Positions 8,814-20,657 of a stretch of 55,474 nucleotides of DNA are shown in pieces. The position numbers and the translations under genes were made by a program. Position 1 is the stretch's first letter; each line of letters opens with the position of its first letter. Origin of the DNA: Burkholderiales bacterium (GTDB lineage: Bacteria > Pseudomonadota > Gammaproteobacteria > Burkholderiales > Chitinimonadaceae); the NCBI GenBank assembly GCA_019234745.1, contig JAFAKZ010000348.1, positions 1 to 55,474 on the forward strand. Reading direction: 5' to 3'. A model generated the notes under the pieces. It was not told the DNA's origin, did no database searches, and saw only the letters and a list, made by a program, of their open reading frames with translations.

Positions 8814-9691
8814 CCCAGGCCTTGGGCAAATTGCCGCAGGTGCTCGGTAAAGGCCGCGCCGACTTCCTTGTGGCGCGCCGCGTAGGCGAGCGTGGCCTGC
8901 AGGTAGCCCAGCTTGTTGCCGCAGTCGTAACGGGTACCCTTGAACGGCAAGGCCAACACACGCTCCTCTTCCAGCAAGGCCGCGATGGCGTCGGTCAGTT
9001 GGATCTCGCCACCCTTGCCGGGCTTGGCGCGCGACAGATGGCGGAAAATGCGCGGCGACAGGATGTAGCGCCCCACCACGGCCAACGTGGACGGCGCTTC
9101 TTCCGGCTTCGGCTTCTCGACGATGCCGGTCAGCTTGAGATTGCCGCCGCCATTGCGCTCGGTCGACACGATGCCATAGGAGCCCGTATCTTCGCGCGGT
9201 ACTTCCTCGACGCCGATCACGGAACTCAGCGTCTCTTCAAACAGGTCGACCATTTGGCGCATAACGGGCTTCTCTGCATCGATCAGGTCGTCCGCCAAGA
9301 TCACGGCGAACGGTTCATCACCGATCAGCGGGCGCGCGCATGACACGGCATGGCCCAGGCCCAGGGCTTCCGGCTGGCGAATATAGGCGCAACTCACGTT
9401 CTTGGGCAGCACATTGCGCACCACTTCCAGCAGCTGGTGCTTGCCCTTGGCCTCCAGCTCGCTTTCCAGCTCATAGGCCTTGTCGAAATGGTCCTCGATG
9501 GCGCGCTTTGCGCGTCCAGTCACGAAAATCATTTCCGTGATGCCGGCGGCAATCGCTTCTTCCACTGCGTACTGGATCAGCGGCTTGTCGACGACGTTGA
9601 GCATCTCTTTCGGGCTCGCCTTGGTGGCCGGCAGAAAACGCGTACCGAGACCTGCCACAGGGAATACTGCCTTTGTTACCTTGTGAATCAT
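8810..9691 (-). CDS. galU: UTP--glucose-1-phosphate uridylyltransferase
   Basis: ORF 8810..9718. ATG 9691 ([31 protein letters not shown]) is preceded by GGAGAAGAAG. The GalU N-terminal nucleotide-binding motif is present, as is the VEKP motif ([13 protein letters not shown]). Confidence 0.93.
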   Translation of the reverse strand: MIHKVTKAVFPVAGLGTRFLPATKASPKEMLNVVDKPLIQYAVEEAIAAGITEMIFVTGRAKRAIEDHFDKAYELESELEAKGKHQLLEVVRNVLPKNVSCAYIRQPEALGLGHAVSCARPLIGDEPFAVILADDLIDAEKPVMRQMVDLFEETLSSVIGVEEVPREDTGSYGIVSTERNGGGNLKLTGIVEKPKPEEAPSTLAVVGRYILSPRIFRHLSRAKPGKGGEIQLTDAIAALLEEERVLALPFKGTRYDCGNKLGYLQATLAYAARHKEVGAAFTEHLRQFAQGLG

Positions 9692-9754
9692 CTTCTTCTC
9701 CGTCGGCCTTTCGGCCAATCCGCCCGCTTGCAGTCTCTACTGCTTTGATTTTGC

Positions 9755-12897
<3,143 letters not shown>

Positions 12898-13030
12898 GCA
12901 ATAACTCTCCACGCCCGCCAAGACGGTCGATGACGCAGGAGCTTAGCCCAAGCGGGGACTATCGCCAAGAACCGCCCGGAGATTGCAGCAATTACCCGAC
13001 GATTTTGCCCATGACACGAATGATTCGGGC

Positions 13031-14158
13031 TCAACGTTGCGAGGAATGGAAGCTGAGCCGGGCTTTGAGCTTCGATAGGATCGGGTCGGCGGTCGGCATC
13101 TGGTCGAACACGGCTGCCACTTCGGCCATACAGCGCTGCAAGGTCGACATGCAGATATCTTCTTCGCGCTTGCTAAGTGCAAGGCCGAGGAAATCGCGCT
13201 CCATACTCTCCTTCAAGCGCGACAAGGCGTCCGCCGCCTGCTGCTTGCGCTGCCCCCACGCCAGGTCGAGCCGACCCAGCGCCTGCTCGGCCTGCTCCGT
13301 GACGCTGACCAGCACAAGGTTGCGCTCCTCCAAGGCGATCTCAGTGTCTAGCGCGCGCGCCCTGGAATTCAAGCCTTCGCCAATCACCGCCGCCATGTCG
13401 CGGATGCGCTGCATGTTGGTCGGATTGCTCGTGGGCAGATTGTTCACAAAGATAGAGGTGTGCGAGAAATTCACGACCAGCCGATTCTGGAACTGGAACA
13501 CCTTTCCCGACAGGCGCGAGTTATGGATGATGGATGTTTCCAACGGCGTGGACAGGCCGCGCCGGTTCATCGTCACCTTTTCCTTGCCCGCCCGCACCTG
13601 TACATTGGCTTCGATCTGCAAGTCCGACAAGGCGTCGACGCCGATAGTCGCAAGCGTCGTCAGATCGGTGGCGATCCCTGCCTGACGTATCGCTTCCAGT
13701 ACGATGCTGACTTCACCGAGATCATTTGCCGCATTGCGCGCGGCCAGCCGCGCCGATTCGCGCTCGCGCTCCAGCTGCCGGTTGCGGACCACCCAATCAA
13801 GCAGGATGCCAACCTTGGCGACTAGTTCGTCCGCCGTCATCGATTTCAGGAAAAAATCGTCGCCGCCGACCTCGTAGGCCTCCATGCGGTTGTCGATGGT
13901 ATCGTGGCTCGAATGGAAGACGACGGGAATATCAGCTGTTTCGCGCTGCCCCTTCAACATCCGGCACAGCTCGATGCCATTACCGTCAGGCAGCTCGATA
14001 TCCAGGATGATAAGGTCGGGCGCAACGGCAACGACGTTCTCAAGCAGGCCGCTTGCGCGGTCCTGCGTGGTCATCGCGTAGTGTTGGCCCAGTACGCCAG
14101 ATAGTCGCTTCAGTTGGATCGGGTCGTCGTCGACCACGAATATCTTGGTGGCACTCAT
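13031..14158 (-). CDS. Response regulator: REC domain plus ~250-aa C-terminal domain that I cannot assign to a family
   Basis: ORF 13031..14362. I trimmed the start to ATG 14158 (MSATKIFVVDDDP...), preceded by GGGGGAGAA. REC hallmarks are present: DDD acidic pocket, phospho-acceptor in LIILDIELPDGNG, conserved K in DFFLKS. The remainder (coiled-coil RNRQLERERESARLAARNA, then ~230 aa) matches no motif I know. Confidence 0.8.
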   Translation of the reverse strand: MSATKIFVVDDDPIQLKRLSGVLGQHYAMTTQDRASGLLENVVAVAPDLIILDIELPDGNGIELCRMLKGQRETADIPVVFHSSHDTIDNRMEAYEVGGDDFFLKSMTADELVAKVGILLDWVVRNRQLERERESARLAARNAANDLGEVSIVLEAIRQAGIATDLTTLATIGVDALSDLQIEANVQVRAGKEKVTMNRRGLSTPLETSIIHNSRLSGKVFQFQNRLVVNFSHTSIFVNNLPTSNPTNMQRIRDMAAVIGEGLNSRARALDTEIALEERNLVLVSVTEQAEQALGRLDLAWGQRKQQAADALSRLKESMERDFLGLALSKREEDICMSTLQRCMAEVAAVFDQMPTADPILSKLKARLSFHSSQR

Positions 14159-14216
14159 GTTCTCCCCCATTTGCGCGCCGGCCAGGCAATGTCGCCTAGC
14201 TGCGATACATGACTGG

Positions 14217-15269
14217 CTACTCTTTCTCGCCCTTGCGCCGTTTCCGTTGGCGCTTCTTGTAGTTCTGGCCGACTTTATCCGCCGGCTCCTTTCCAGCATT
14301 CGCCATTTTCCGCGCTTGTGCAACCTGCGCCGCCCGCCGGGCCTCGTTGGCTCCTCCGGCACGTTGTTGCGTCCTTTGCTGCCGTGCCTTTTGCTGCATT
14401 GCCTGCTGCTGCCAAGGGTGCTGTCCGTTGCCAGCCGCCGCGCCGTGCTGCACCGGCCGCATGCCTGCTTGAGGCTTGTGCCATTCAGGTGGACGGCTCA
14501 TTTCGTTCTTCAGCCGCTCCTTCAAATCCGGGTGTGCCGTAAATGCACCGTTACCGACAGACTTGTGGATGCGGCCCAGCACGTCGACGATGCCGTGGCC
14601 GCGATCAAAGTTGCGGTAGCGGTCAAAAAATGCCGGGCGGTAATTCAACATTCTGGGTGCCGATGTGCCGCCATGCTGCAGGAAGCCAACCTTGCCAGGC
14701 TTGATCGAGACATCGCCATGCTCGTTGTGCATCACTGTTTCACCGTCGTTTACGGTGTCATAGGTACCAGCCTGCACGTGGGCGGTCGCTTGCTCTTCGT
14801 CGATGACAGTCGTTTCGTGATCTGTGCCCCGTACGCCAATGGTTGCAGTGGGTGTGTGCAGTGCGTAGCTGCTCGGGCTCTGCCGGCCGATCAGGCCCGT
14901 GATTGCGCGTAGCGAACCCTTCACCAGGTTCAGCCAGCTCTTGCTGTTGGATGGATTCGATTCATCGTATTGATACTTGTCGATATGCAGGCGCGTATTA
15001 GGGCGCAGCGTAAAGCTGGCGCCGTCCTCCATGCGCAGGATGGCCCATGACTGATCACCTGCCGTGCTCACCGAGTCGCCCCCTGCCAGACCTGCCCCAA
15101 CAGCGCTCGCCTTGACCGTGCCGTCGTCACCGATGACACGAATATCGCCCTCACCCGCCTCGATTCGACCAACGTCGGCCCAAACGGCCAGACTCAAGAA
15201 CAGGCAAATAATTGTAGCGACGGTGCCATGCCACCGAATGCTCGGCAGCCGGAAAGAAGCGTGGCGCAT
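14217..15269 (-). CDS. Secreted FecR-domain protein with a Gln/Arg/Lys-rich C-terminal tail
   Basis: ORF 14217..15269. ATG 15269 is preceded by AGGGA. Has a signal-peptide-like N-terminus (GTVATIICLFLSLAVWA|DVG) and a FecR-type beta region (GDSVSTAGDQSWAILRMEDGASFTLRPNTRLHI...IGVRGTDHE). The last 66 aa read PWQQQAMQQKARQQRTQQRAGG...NYKKRQRKRRKGEKE. Confidence 0.75.
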   Translation of the reverse strand: MRHASFRLPSIRWHGTVATIICLFLSLAVWADVGRIEAGEGDIRVIGDDGTVKASAVGAGLAGGDSVSTAGDQSWAILRMEDGASFTLRPNTRLHIDKYQYDESNPSNSKSWLNLVKGSLRAITGLIGRQSPSSYALHTPTATIGVRGTDHETTVIDEEQATAHVQAGTYDTVNDGETVMHNEHGDVSIKPGKVGFLQHGGTSAPRMLNYRPAFFDRYRNFDRGHGIVDVLGRIHKSVGNGAFTAHPDLKERLKNEMSRPPEWHKPQAGMRPVQHGAAAGNGQHPWQQQAMQQKARQQRTQQRAGGANEARRAAQVAQARKMANAGKEPADKVGQNYKKRQRKRRKGEKE

Positions 15270-15473
15270 TGGATTCCCTGCAGATTCGATTATTTAGAAA
15301 ACAGTCTTATCGGAACCAATATAGTGCAGAGCCGGTCAGCCAAGGCAACTGAGCGGAAAGGAATTTTACGTGTTTCATGCTTTCGAACCGGTAACTCGGC
15401 AAATTCACACGCCGCACGCTACAATCCGCAACCATTCCTCCGATTTCGACTACTGAATCCTCACGCAGCGTCC

Positions 15474-17969
15474 ATGTCCTCATCCGCACAGTCGCAAGAT
15501 TCCAGTTCCACCCCATCCCATAAACGCCCGCTCTGGTCCCGCCTGCTGCTCTGGGCGCTGGGCGTGTGCGCTGGCCTCGGCGTCGTCGTCGCCATCCTGG
15601 CCTGGTATGCCATTTCCGTCATGGAAAAGAACCTGCCGCCGTTGGATGCGCTGACCGACTTCCGCCCCAAGCTGCCGCTGCGCATATACACGAGCGACCA
15701 TGTGCTGATCGGCGAGTTCGGCGACGAAAAGCGCAATGTGGTGCGCTTCAAGGATATCCCGCCCGTCATGAAGCAAGCGGTGCTGGCGATCGAGGACTAT
15801 CGCTTCTATGAACACGGCGGCGTCGACTTCACCGGTATCGCCCGCGCCTTGCTGGCGGATGCGATGCACGGCGGCGCAACACAGGGCGCCAGTACCATCA
15901 CGCAGCAGGTCGCCCGCAACTTCTATCTATCGAACGAGAAGCGCCTCACCCGCAAGGTGTACGAGATGCTGCTCGCCTACCGGATCGAGTCGGTACTGAC
16001 CAAGGACCAAATCCTTGAGCTGTACATGAACCAGATCAACCTGGGCGAACATGCCTACGGCTTTGCCAGTGCCGAGCGCATCTACTTCGGCAAGGACCTG
16101 AAGGACATTACGCTGGCCGAGGCGGCCATGCTGGCCGGCATCCCCAAGGGCCCGTCCACGTTCAACCCCATCGTCAACTTCCCACGTGCCAAGGTGCGCC
16201 AGGAATACATCCTCAAGCGCATGCTGGAGCTCAAGTATATCGACGAGAAGCAGTATGAAGCTGCGGTGCACGAGCCGCTGCGCGTTGCGACCGGCACAAA
16301 CCAGTACAAGGTGCACGGCGAATACGTGGCGGAAATGGTGCGCGACGCCCTGTACAGCCAATACAAGGACGATATCTACACGCGCGGCTTCAGCGTCATC
16401 ACCACCATCAAGGCTGCAGACCAGGAAGCGGCCTATGAAGCGGTGCGCAGCAGCGTGATGGACTACGACCGCCGCCACGGCTACCGCGGCCCGGAAGGCT
16501 TCATCACCTTGCCGGAAGACGCGGACGAGCGCAGCCAGGCGATCGAAGACGAACTGGACGACCACCCAGCCAACGACGACGTGGTTGCCGCCGTCGTCAT
16601 CTCGGCAACGCCCAAGCACGTGCAGGCAGTCGTGCAGGATGGCGATACGATCGAATTCAACGAAGCGGGCCTGAAGTTCGCCGCTGCTGCACTTGGACCC
16701 AAGGCCAGCGCGGGCATCCGCATTCGCCCGGGCTCCGTGATCCGCGCCATGAAGGATGCCAAGGGAAACTGGCAGATCGCGCAGATTCCCCAGGTCGAGG
16801 GCGCGCTGGTGTCGCTCCAGCCGGACGACGGCGCCATTCACGCGCTGGTCGGCGGCTTCGACTTCGCCAAGAACAAGTTCAACCATGTGACGCAGGCCTG
16901 GCGCCAGCCAGGCTCCACCTTCAAGCCCATCATCTACTCGGCCGCCCTGGAGAAGGGCGTGGGACCAAGCACCTTGGTGAACGACGCACCGCTGGACTTC
17001 CCCATCGAGGAAACGGGCGGCCAAGTGTGGGATCCGAAGGACGATACGACACCGATTGGCCCCATGCCCTTACGCACGGGTCTGGCCGAATCGCGTAACC
17101 TTGTCGCCATCCGTACCCTGCACTTCATCGGTACGCAGTACGCCCAGGAGTACGCCACCCGATTCGGCTTTGAAGCGGACAAGACGCCCCCCTACCTGCC
17201 CATGGCCCTGGGCGCGGGCGCCACGACGCCACTACAGATGGCCGGCGCCTATGCCGTTTTCGCCAACGGCGGCTATCGCATCAGCCCCTACCTGATCGGC
17301 GAAATCGACGATGCCAAGGGCACAGTAATGGCCAAGGCCAAGCCTGTGACCATTGATACGGGCGCCCCGCGCGTCATCGATGAGCGCAATGCCTACGTGA
17401 TGGAAAGCCTACTGAAGACTGTCGCACAGCGCGGTACGGGTGCAGGTACCAATGCGCTCAAGCGCACCGACCTGGCCGGCAAGACGGGCACGACCAACGA
17501 AGCGCGCGACGGCTGGTTTGCAGGTTACCAACACACGCTGGTCGCGGTAGCATGGCTGGGTTATGACCAGCCGCGCAGTCTCGGCAGCCGCGAGTTCGGT
17601 GCCCAGCTGGCCTTGCCGGTATGGGTGCGCTACATGGACAAGGCACTCAAGAACGTGCCGCAGTACCAGACCCCAATGCCGGACGGTGTGACGGTGATCG
17701 ACGGCGAGTTGTATTTCTCCGATAAGACACCAGGGAATGGCTTCGTGTCGGGCATCGACCTGCCGGGCGGCAACAGTACCGACAACGCAGGCGGCGAAGC
17801 CACGCCAACGCCTGGGGGCGATACGCCAAGCGCGGCGCCCTCGCCAAGTGGGGCACCTAACCCGTCGGCGGAAAAACAGCAGATTCTCGACCTGTTCCGA
17901 TCGGGCAAGGGCCAGGAAAAGCCGGCCGCCACACCATCGCCGGCCACGCAAGGCCGGCAGCAGATCTAA
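15474..17969 (+). CDS. mrcA: Penicillin-binding protein 1A (bifunctional glycosyltransferase/transpeptidase)
   Basis: ORF 15228..17969. I trimmed the start to ATG 15474 (MSSSAQSQD...RPLWSRLLLWALGVCAGLGVVVAIL, a TM anchor). GT51 motifs: EDYRFYEHGGVD, RKVYEMLLAYRIE. Transpeptidase motifs: STFKP, SRN, KTGTT. Confidence 0.95.
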   Translation: MSSSAQSQDSSSTPSHKRPLWSRLLLWALGVCAGLGVVVAILAWYAISVMEKNLPPLDALTDFRPKLPLRIYTSDHVLIGEFGDEKRNVVRFKDIPPVMKQAVLAIEDYRFYEHGGVDFTGIARALLADAMHGGATQGASTITQQVARNFYLSNEKRLTRKVYEMLLAYRIESVLTKDQILELYMNQINLGEHAYGFASAERIYFGKDLKDITLAEAAMLAGIPKGPSTFNPIVNFPRAKVRQEYILKRMLELKYIDEKQYEAAVHEPLRVATGTNQYKVHGEYVAEMVRDALYSQYKDDIYTRGFSVITTIKAADQEAAYEAVRSSVMDYDRRHGYRGPEGFITLPEDADERSQAIEDELDDHPANDDVVAAVVISATPKHVQAVVQDGDTIEFNEAGLKFAAAALGPKASAGIRIRPGSVIRAMKDAKGNWQIAQIPQVEGALVSLQPDDGAIHALVGGFDFAKNKFNHVTQAWRQPGSTFKPIIYSAALEKGVGPSTLVNDAPLDFPIEETGGQVWDPKDDTTPIGPMPLRTGLAESRNLVAIRTLHFIGTQYAQEYATRFGFEADKTPPYLPMALGAGATTPLQMAGAYAVFANGGYRISPYLIGEIDDAKGTVMAKAKPVTIDTGAPRVIDERNAYVMESLLKTVAQRGTGAGTNALKRTDLAGKTGTTNEARDGWFAGYQHTLVAVAWLGYDQPRSLGSREFGAQLALPVWVRYMDKALKNVPQYQTPMPDGVTVIDGELYFSDKTPGNGFVSGIDLPGGNSTDNAGGEATPTPGGDTPSAAPSPSGAPNPSAEKQQILDLFRSGKGQEKPAATPSPATQGRQQI

Positions 17970-17987
17970 CCGAAGTAGGTCAAATAC

Positions 17988-18018
17988 AAAGGCCGGGCGC
18001 ATGCCCGGCCTGTTTCGT
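17988..18018. terminator. Bidirectional intrinsic terminator between convergent mrcA and the dienelactone hydrolase gene
   Basis: GGCCGGGC (17991-17998), loop GCAT, GCCCGGCC (18003-18010). Flanked by an A-rich run upstream (CAAATACAAA) and TGTTTCGTT downstream. Confidence 0.75.
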
Positions 18019-18034
18019 TCCCTATACGCCTTAC

Positions 18035-18733
18035 TTATAGATGTTCCGACAGGAAGATCAGCGTGCGCCCCTGTGCCAGCGCAGCCGCCCGCTGGTCGTA
18101 CACGGCCGTGCGACCCCAGCAATTGAAGCCGTGGCCAACACCTGCGTAGTCGAAGAACGTGGCATTGGGCTTGCCTGCAAACGCCGCCTTCACCTGCGCA
18201 ACGACGTCCTGCGTGATGTGTGCGTCGTTCGAGGCATAGTGGAACAAGATAGGCTGCGTCACATCCTTGGCAATCTCCAGATGCTGGTGGATGCCGCCAC
18301 CGTAGTAGCACACAGCCGCATCCGCTCCGCTTGCTACGGCCGCACGGTAGGCCAGTTGCCCGCCCAGGCAGTAGCCCAGTGTCGCCACCTTCCCTGTCAC
18401 GTTCGCATGCTTACGCAGCAACGCAACGGCAGCCGCCATATCGTGCGTGGCTGCTGCCGTGTCGACGCGGCCATAGAAGTCGAAGGCACGAGCGTTACCT
18501 GCCTCGTTGTACTCCAGGTCAACGCGCTTCTCCAAACGCCAGAACAGGTCCGGTGCCAGCACGACGTAACCCGACGCTGCGTACTGGTCGGCGACCGTAC
18601 GGATATGCTCGTTCACACCCCAGATTTCCTGGATAAGTACGATGCCGGGCCCCTTGCCCGCTGGCGGCAGCGACAAGTAGCCAGTGAAGCCCGTGCCGTC
18701 GGGGACGGCGATATCGATCCATTGTCCGTTCAT
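18035..18733 (-). CDS. Dienelactone hydrolase family protein (carboxymethylenebutenolidase-like)
   Basis: ORF 18035..18733. Has the nucleophile elbow with Cys (LGYCLGG), a C-terminal GVGHGF histidine region, and GPGIVLIQEIWGVN typical of the DLH family. Confidence 0.85.
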   Translation of the reverse strand: MNGQWIDIAVPDGTGFTGYLSLPPAGKGPGIVLIQEIWGVNEHIRTVADQYAASGYVVLAPDLFWRLEKRVDLEYNEAGNARAFDFYGRVDTAAATHDMAAAVALLRKHANVTGKVATLGYCLGGQLAYRAAVASGADAAVCYYGGGIHQHLEIAKDVTQPILFHYASNDAHITQDVVAQVKAAFAGKPNATFFDYAGVGHGFNCWGRTAVYDQRAAALAQGRTLIFLSEHL

Positions 18734-18790
18734 AACTTGGCCTTTCTGTTCAGAACTGGTTGCAGATCACGCCTATGGGCGGCGTAGGTG

Positions 18791-18833
18791 AAAAAGGTAC
18801 GGCGATCCGATCCAGATATGGGACCGAATCGCC
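18791..18833 (-). terminator. Intrinsic terminator downstream of the MCP gene
   Basis: On the minus strand: GGCGAUUCGGUCC-CAUAUC-UGGAUCGGAUCGCC (13-bp stem with two G-U pairs) followed by GUACCUUUUU. It lies ~68 nt after the MCP stop. Confidence 0.65.
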
Positions 18834-18900
18834 GGGAGTCAACTAGGTATTGCGGAATGGCCTTAGATCGCCACAATCGTCGTCGCAGCACCGTCCGACC

Positions 18901-20523
18901 TCACACGCGGAATTGTGCAACGATGCCTTTCATATTGATCACCAGTTCATCGAGGCGTTCAGCTTGATCGGCGGCGCTATCCGTCGCCCGGCTACCTTCT
19001 TCGGCTGCCTGCGCAATCGACTCGACATTGCGTGCGATGACCAGGTTGGCTGCGTTCTGCTGCGTGACGGCCGCCGAAAGCTCGGCCACCGTGCCCACGA
19101 TATGTTCGCTGCGCACCTGCAGTTGCGTCATGACCTGCTCCGCATCGGTCGCCTTGCTCTTGCAGGACTGCACCTTCGTCTCGACCGACTGCATGCTGGC
19201 CACAACCGCCTCCACGCTGCGCTGGATGCGATCCATCATGGCGCGGATTTCTTCCGTCGAATGAGCGGTACGCTCCGCGAGCTTGCGTACTTCATCGGCG
19301 ACAACTGCAAAGCCACGCCCCTGCTCTCCTGCGCGCGCTGCTTCGATGGCAGCATTCAGGGCAAGCAGGTTGGTCTGGTCGGCCACCTCCTTGATCACCT
19401 GAACGACGGACGCGATCTGGGCAGAATGCTGCCCCAGCTGGTGCACATCGCCGGCCGTATGTTCCACCGTATGTGCAATATCCAATATCTCGGCCACAGC
19501 TGCGTCGATGACGCGCTTGCCATCTGAGGCTAGGCGGCCCGACTCGTCCGAATCCTCGTGCGCGCTCGCGGCACCATCAGCGGTCGTCGACAGGCTTGTC
19601 GACAGCTCCTCGATGGCAGCGGCCATATTTGACAGAGATTGGCTGTTTAGGTCAGCGCCGCGCGACAACTCATCGGACACCGCCTTCAAGCTTTGTGAAC
19701 TGGCGGCCACCGTCGTGGCGATATCGCTGATGCCCTTCAATGCCCCTTGGATACGCTCCAGGCAAAGATTGATGCCACGCCCCAAGGTCGCGATCTCGTC
19801 CTCGCCAGATGCCGGTACTCGCGCCGTGAAGTCGTTGTTCCGCGTGATGTCGTCCATACGCTTGGCCACCGCTTCCAACGGATCACACACGGAGCGGCGC
19901 GTCAGTACGAGGAAGACCACACAGCCGGCAATGGACGCGACGATCATGGCCCCCACACACAAGTACATTGCCTCATGCGCCTGTTTCACCGTGTCGGCGC
20001 GTACTTCAGCAGCGGCATGGGAGATTGTGTCGACGGCCTTGCTGAGCAGATCAGTCGGCGCCCGGTCTATCCCGGCTACCTTCGCGTCGCCCACCTTCGG
20101 GTCGGCATTGGCCTGCTTGAATGCGTCGAGCCCGGCGCGATAGCCCTCACCCAATTGCTTGTGTGCAGCGGCGAATGACGCCACAACGTTTTTGGCCTCG
20201 CCGTCGGGCAAGGTCGCGATCAATTGCTCGGCCTGCGTCTGGACCTTGCTTTCGTCAGCCTGGAAATTACCCCAGTATTTGTCGAGTTTTGCCGGGTCAT
20301 ATCCGCGCAGCAGAATATCCTTCCATTCCTGCACCTGCTTCTTGAAGGTTACCTGCATTTCCAGCACCTGCCCGCGCGCCGTTTCCAAGCGGGCCACATC
20401 ATCGCGGAATCGGCCAATTCCCCGGTTTAATGCCAGGATGCCAAAAATGGCCGACGCAATAACCAAGGCAGCCGCGCCCAAATAGGCGAGCATGATCTTG
20501 CCTCTTACCGTTCCCATCGACAT
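18901..20523 (-). CDS. Methyl-accepting chemotaxis protein (two TM helices, ~160-aa helical periplasmic sensor, HAMP, MA signalling domain)
   Basis: ORF 18901..20523. ATG is preceded by GGGAGAAG. Has the conserved signalling hairpin [40 protein letters not shown], plus TM1 ([20 protein letters not shown]) and TM2 ([20 protein letters not shown]). Confidence 0.95.
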   Translation of the reverse strand: MSMGTVRGKIMLAYLGAAALVIASAIFGILALNRGIGRFRDDVARLETARGQVLEMQVTFKKQVQEWKDILLRGYDPAKLDKYWGNFQADESKVQTQAEQLIATLPDGEAKNVVASFAAAHKQLGEGYRAGLDAFKQANADPKVGDAKVAGIDRAPTDLLSKAVDTISHAAAEVRADTVKQAHEAMYLCVGAMIVASIAGCVVFLVLTRRSVCDPLEAVAKRMDDITRNNDFTARVPASGEDEIATLGRGINLCLERIQGALKGISDIATTVAASSQSLKAVSDELSRGADLNSQSLSNMAAAIEELSTSLSTTADGAASAHEDSDESGRLASDGKRVIDAAVAEILDIAHTVEHTAGDVHQLGQHSAQIASVVQVIKEVADQTNLLALNAAIEAARAGEQGRGFAVVADEVRKLAERTAHSTEEIRAMMDRIQRSVEAVVASMQSVETKVQSCKSKATDAEQVMTQLQVRSEHIVGTVAELSAAVTQQNAANLVIARNVESIAQAAEEGSRATDSAADQAERLDELVINMKGIVAQFRV

Positions 20524-20615
20524 CGTTCTTCTCCCAATGAGTATTCAGGTAACCGCGCAACCTGCGTACCCAGTCACACCGCCTCGCTCGATCAATCTAT
20601 TTTTTCGGACCGTCA

Positions 20616-20643
20616 ATAGATAACAAGCCCGCGGTTTATCTAT
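20616..20643. promoter_or_regulatory. Palindromic site ATAGATAA-N12-TTATCTAT upstream of the MCP gene (operator-like)
   Basis: Read directly: 20616-20623 is the reverse complement of 20636-20643. A third related copy (ATAGATTGAT on the minus strand) lies at 20591-20600. All sit in the 134-nt ClC-MCP intergenic region. Confidence 0.35.
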
Positions 20644-20657
20644 AGCTCGAATTCGCT

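Noticed and set aside
15228-15473. Long N-terminal extensions suggested by the ORF track (mrcA from 15228, bcp from 50788, response regulator to 14362, CDP-alcohol transferase to 30485, nlpC/P60 from 24112)
   Set aside because: The track extends to the farthest ATG/GTG/TTG. The extensions overlap neighbouring genes or intergenic promoters and lack an RBS. Internal ATGs give canonical N-termini (TM anchor, signal peptide, REC start) with Shine-Dalgarno-like sequences.
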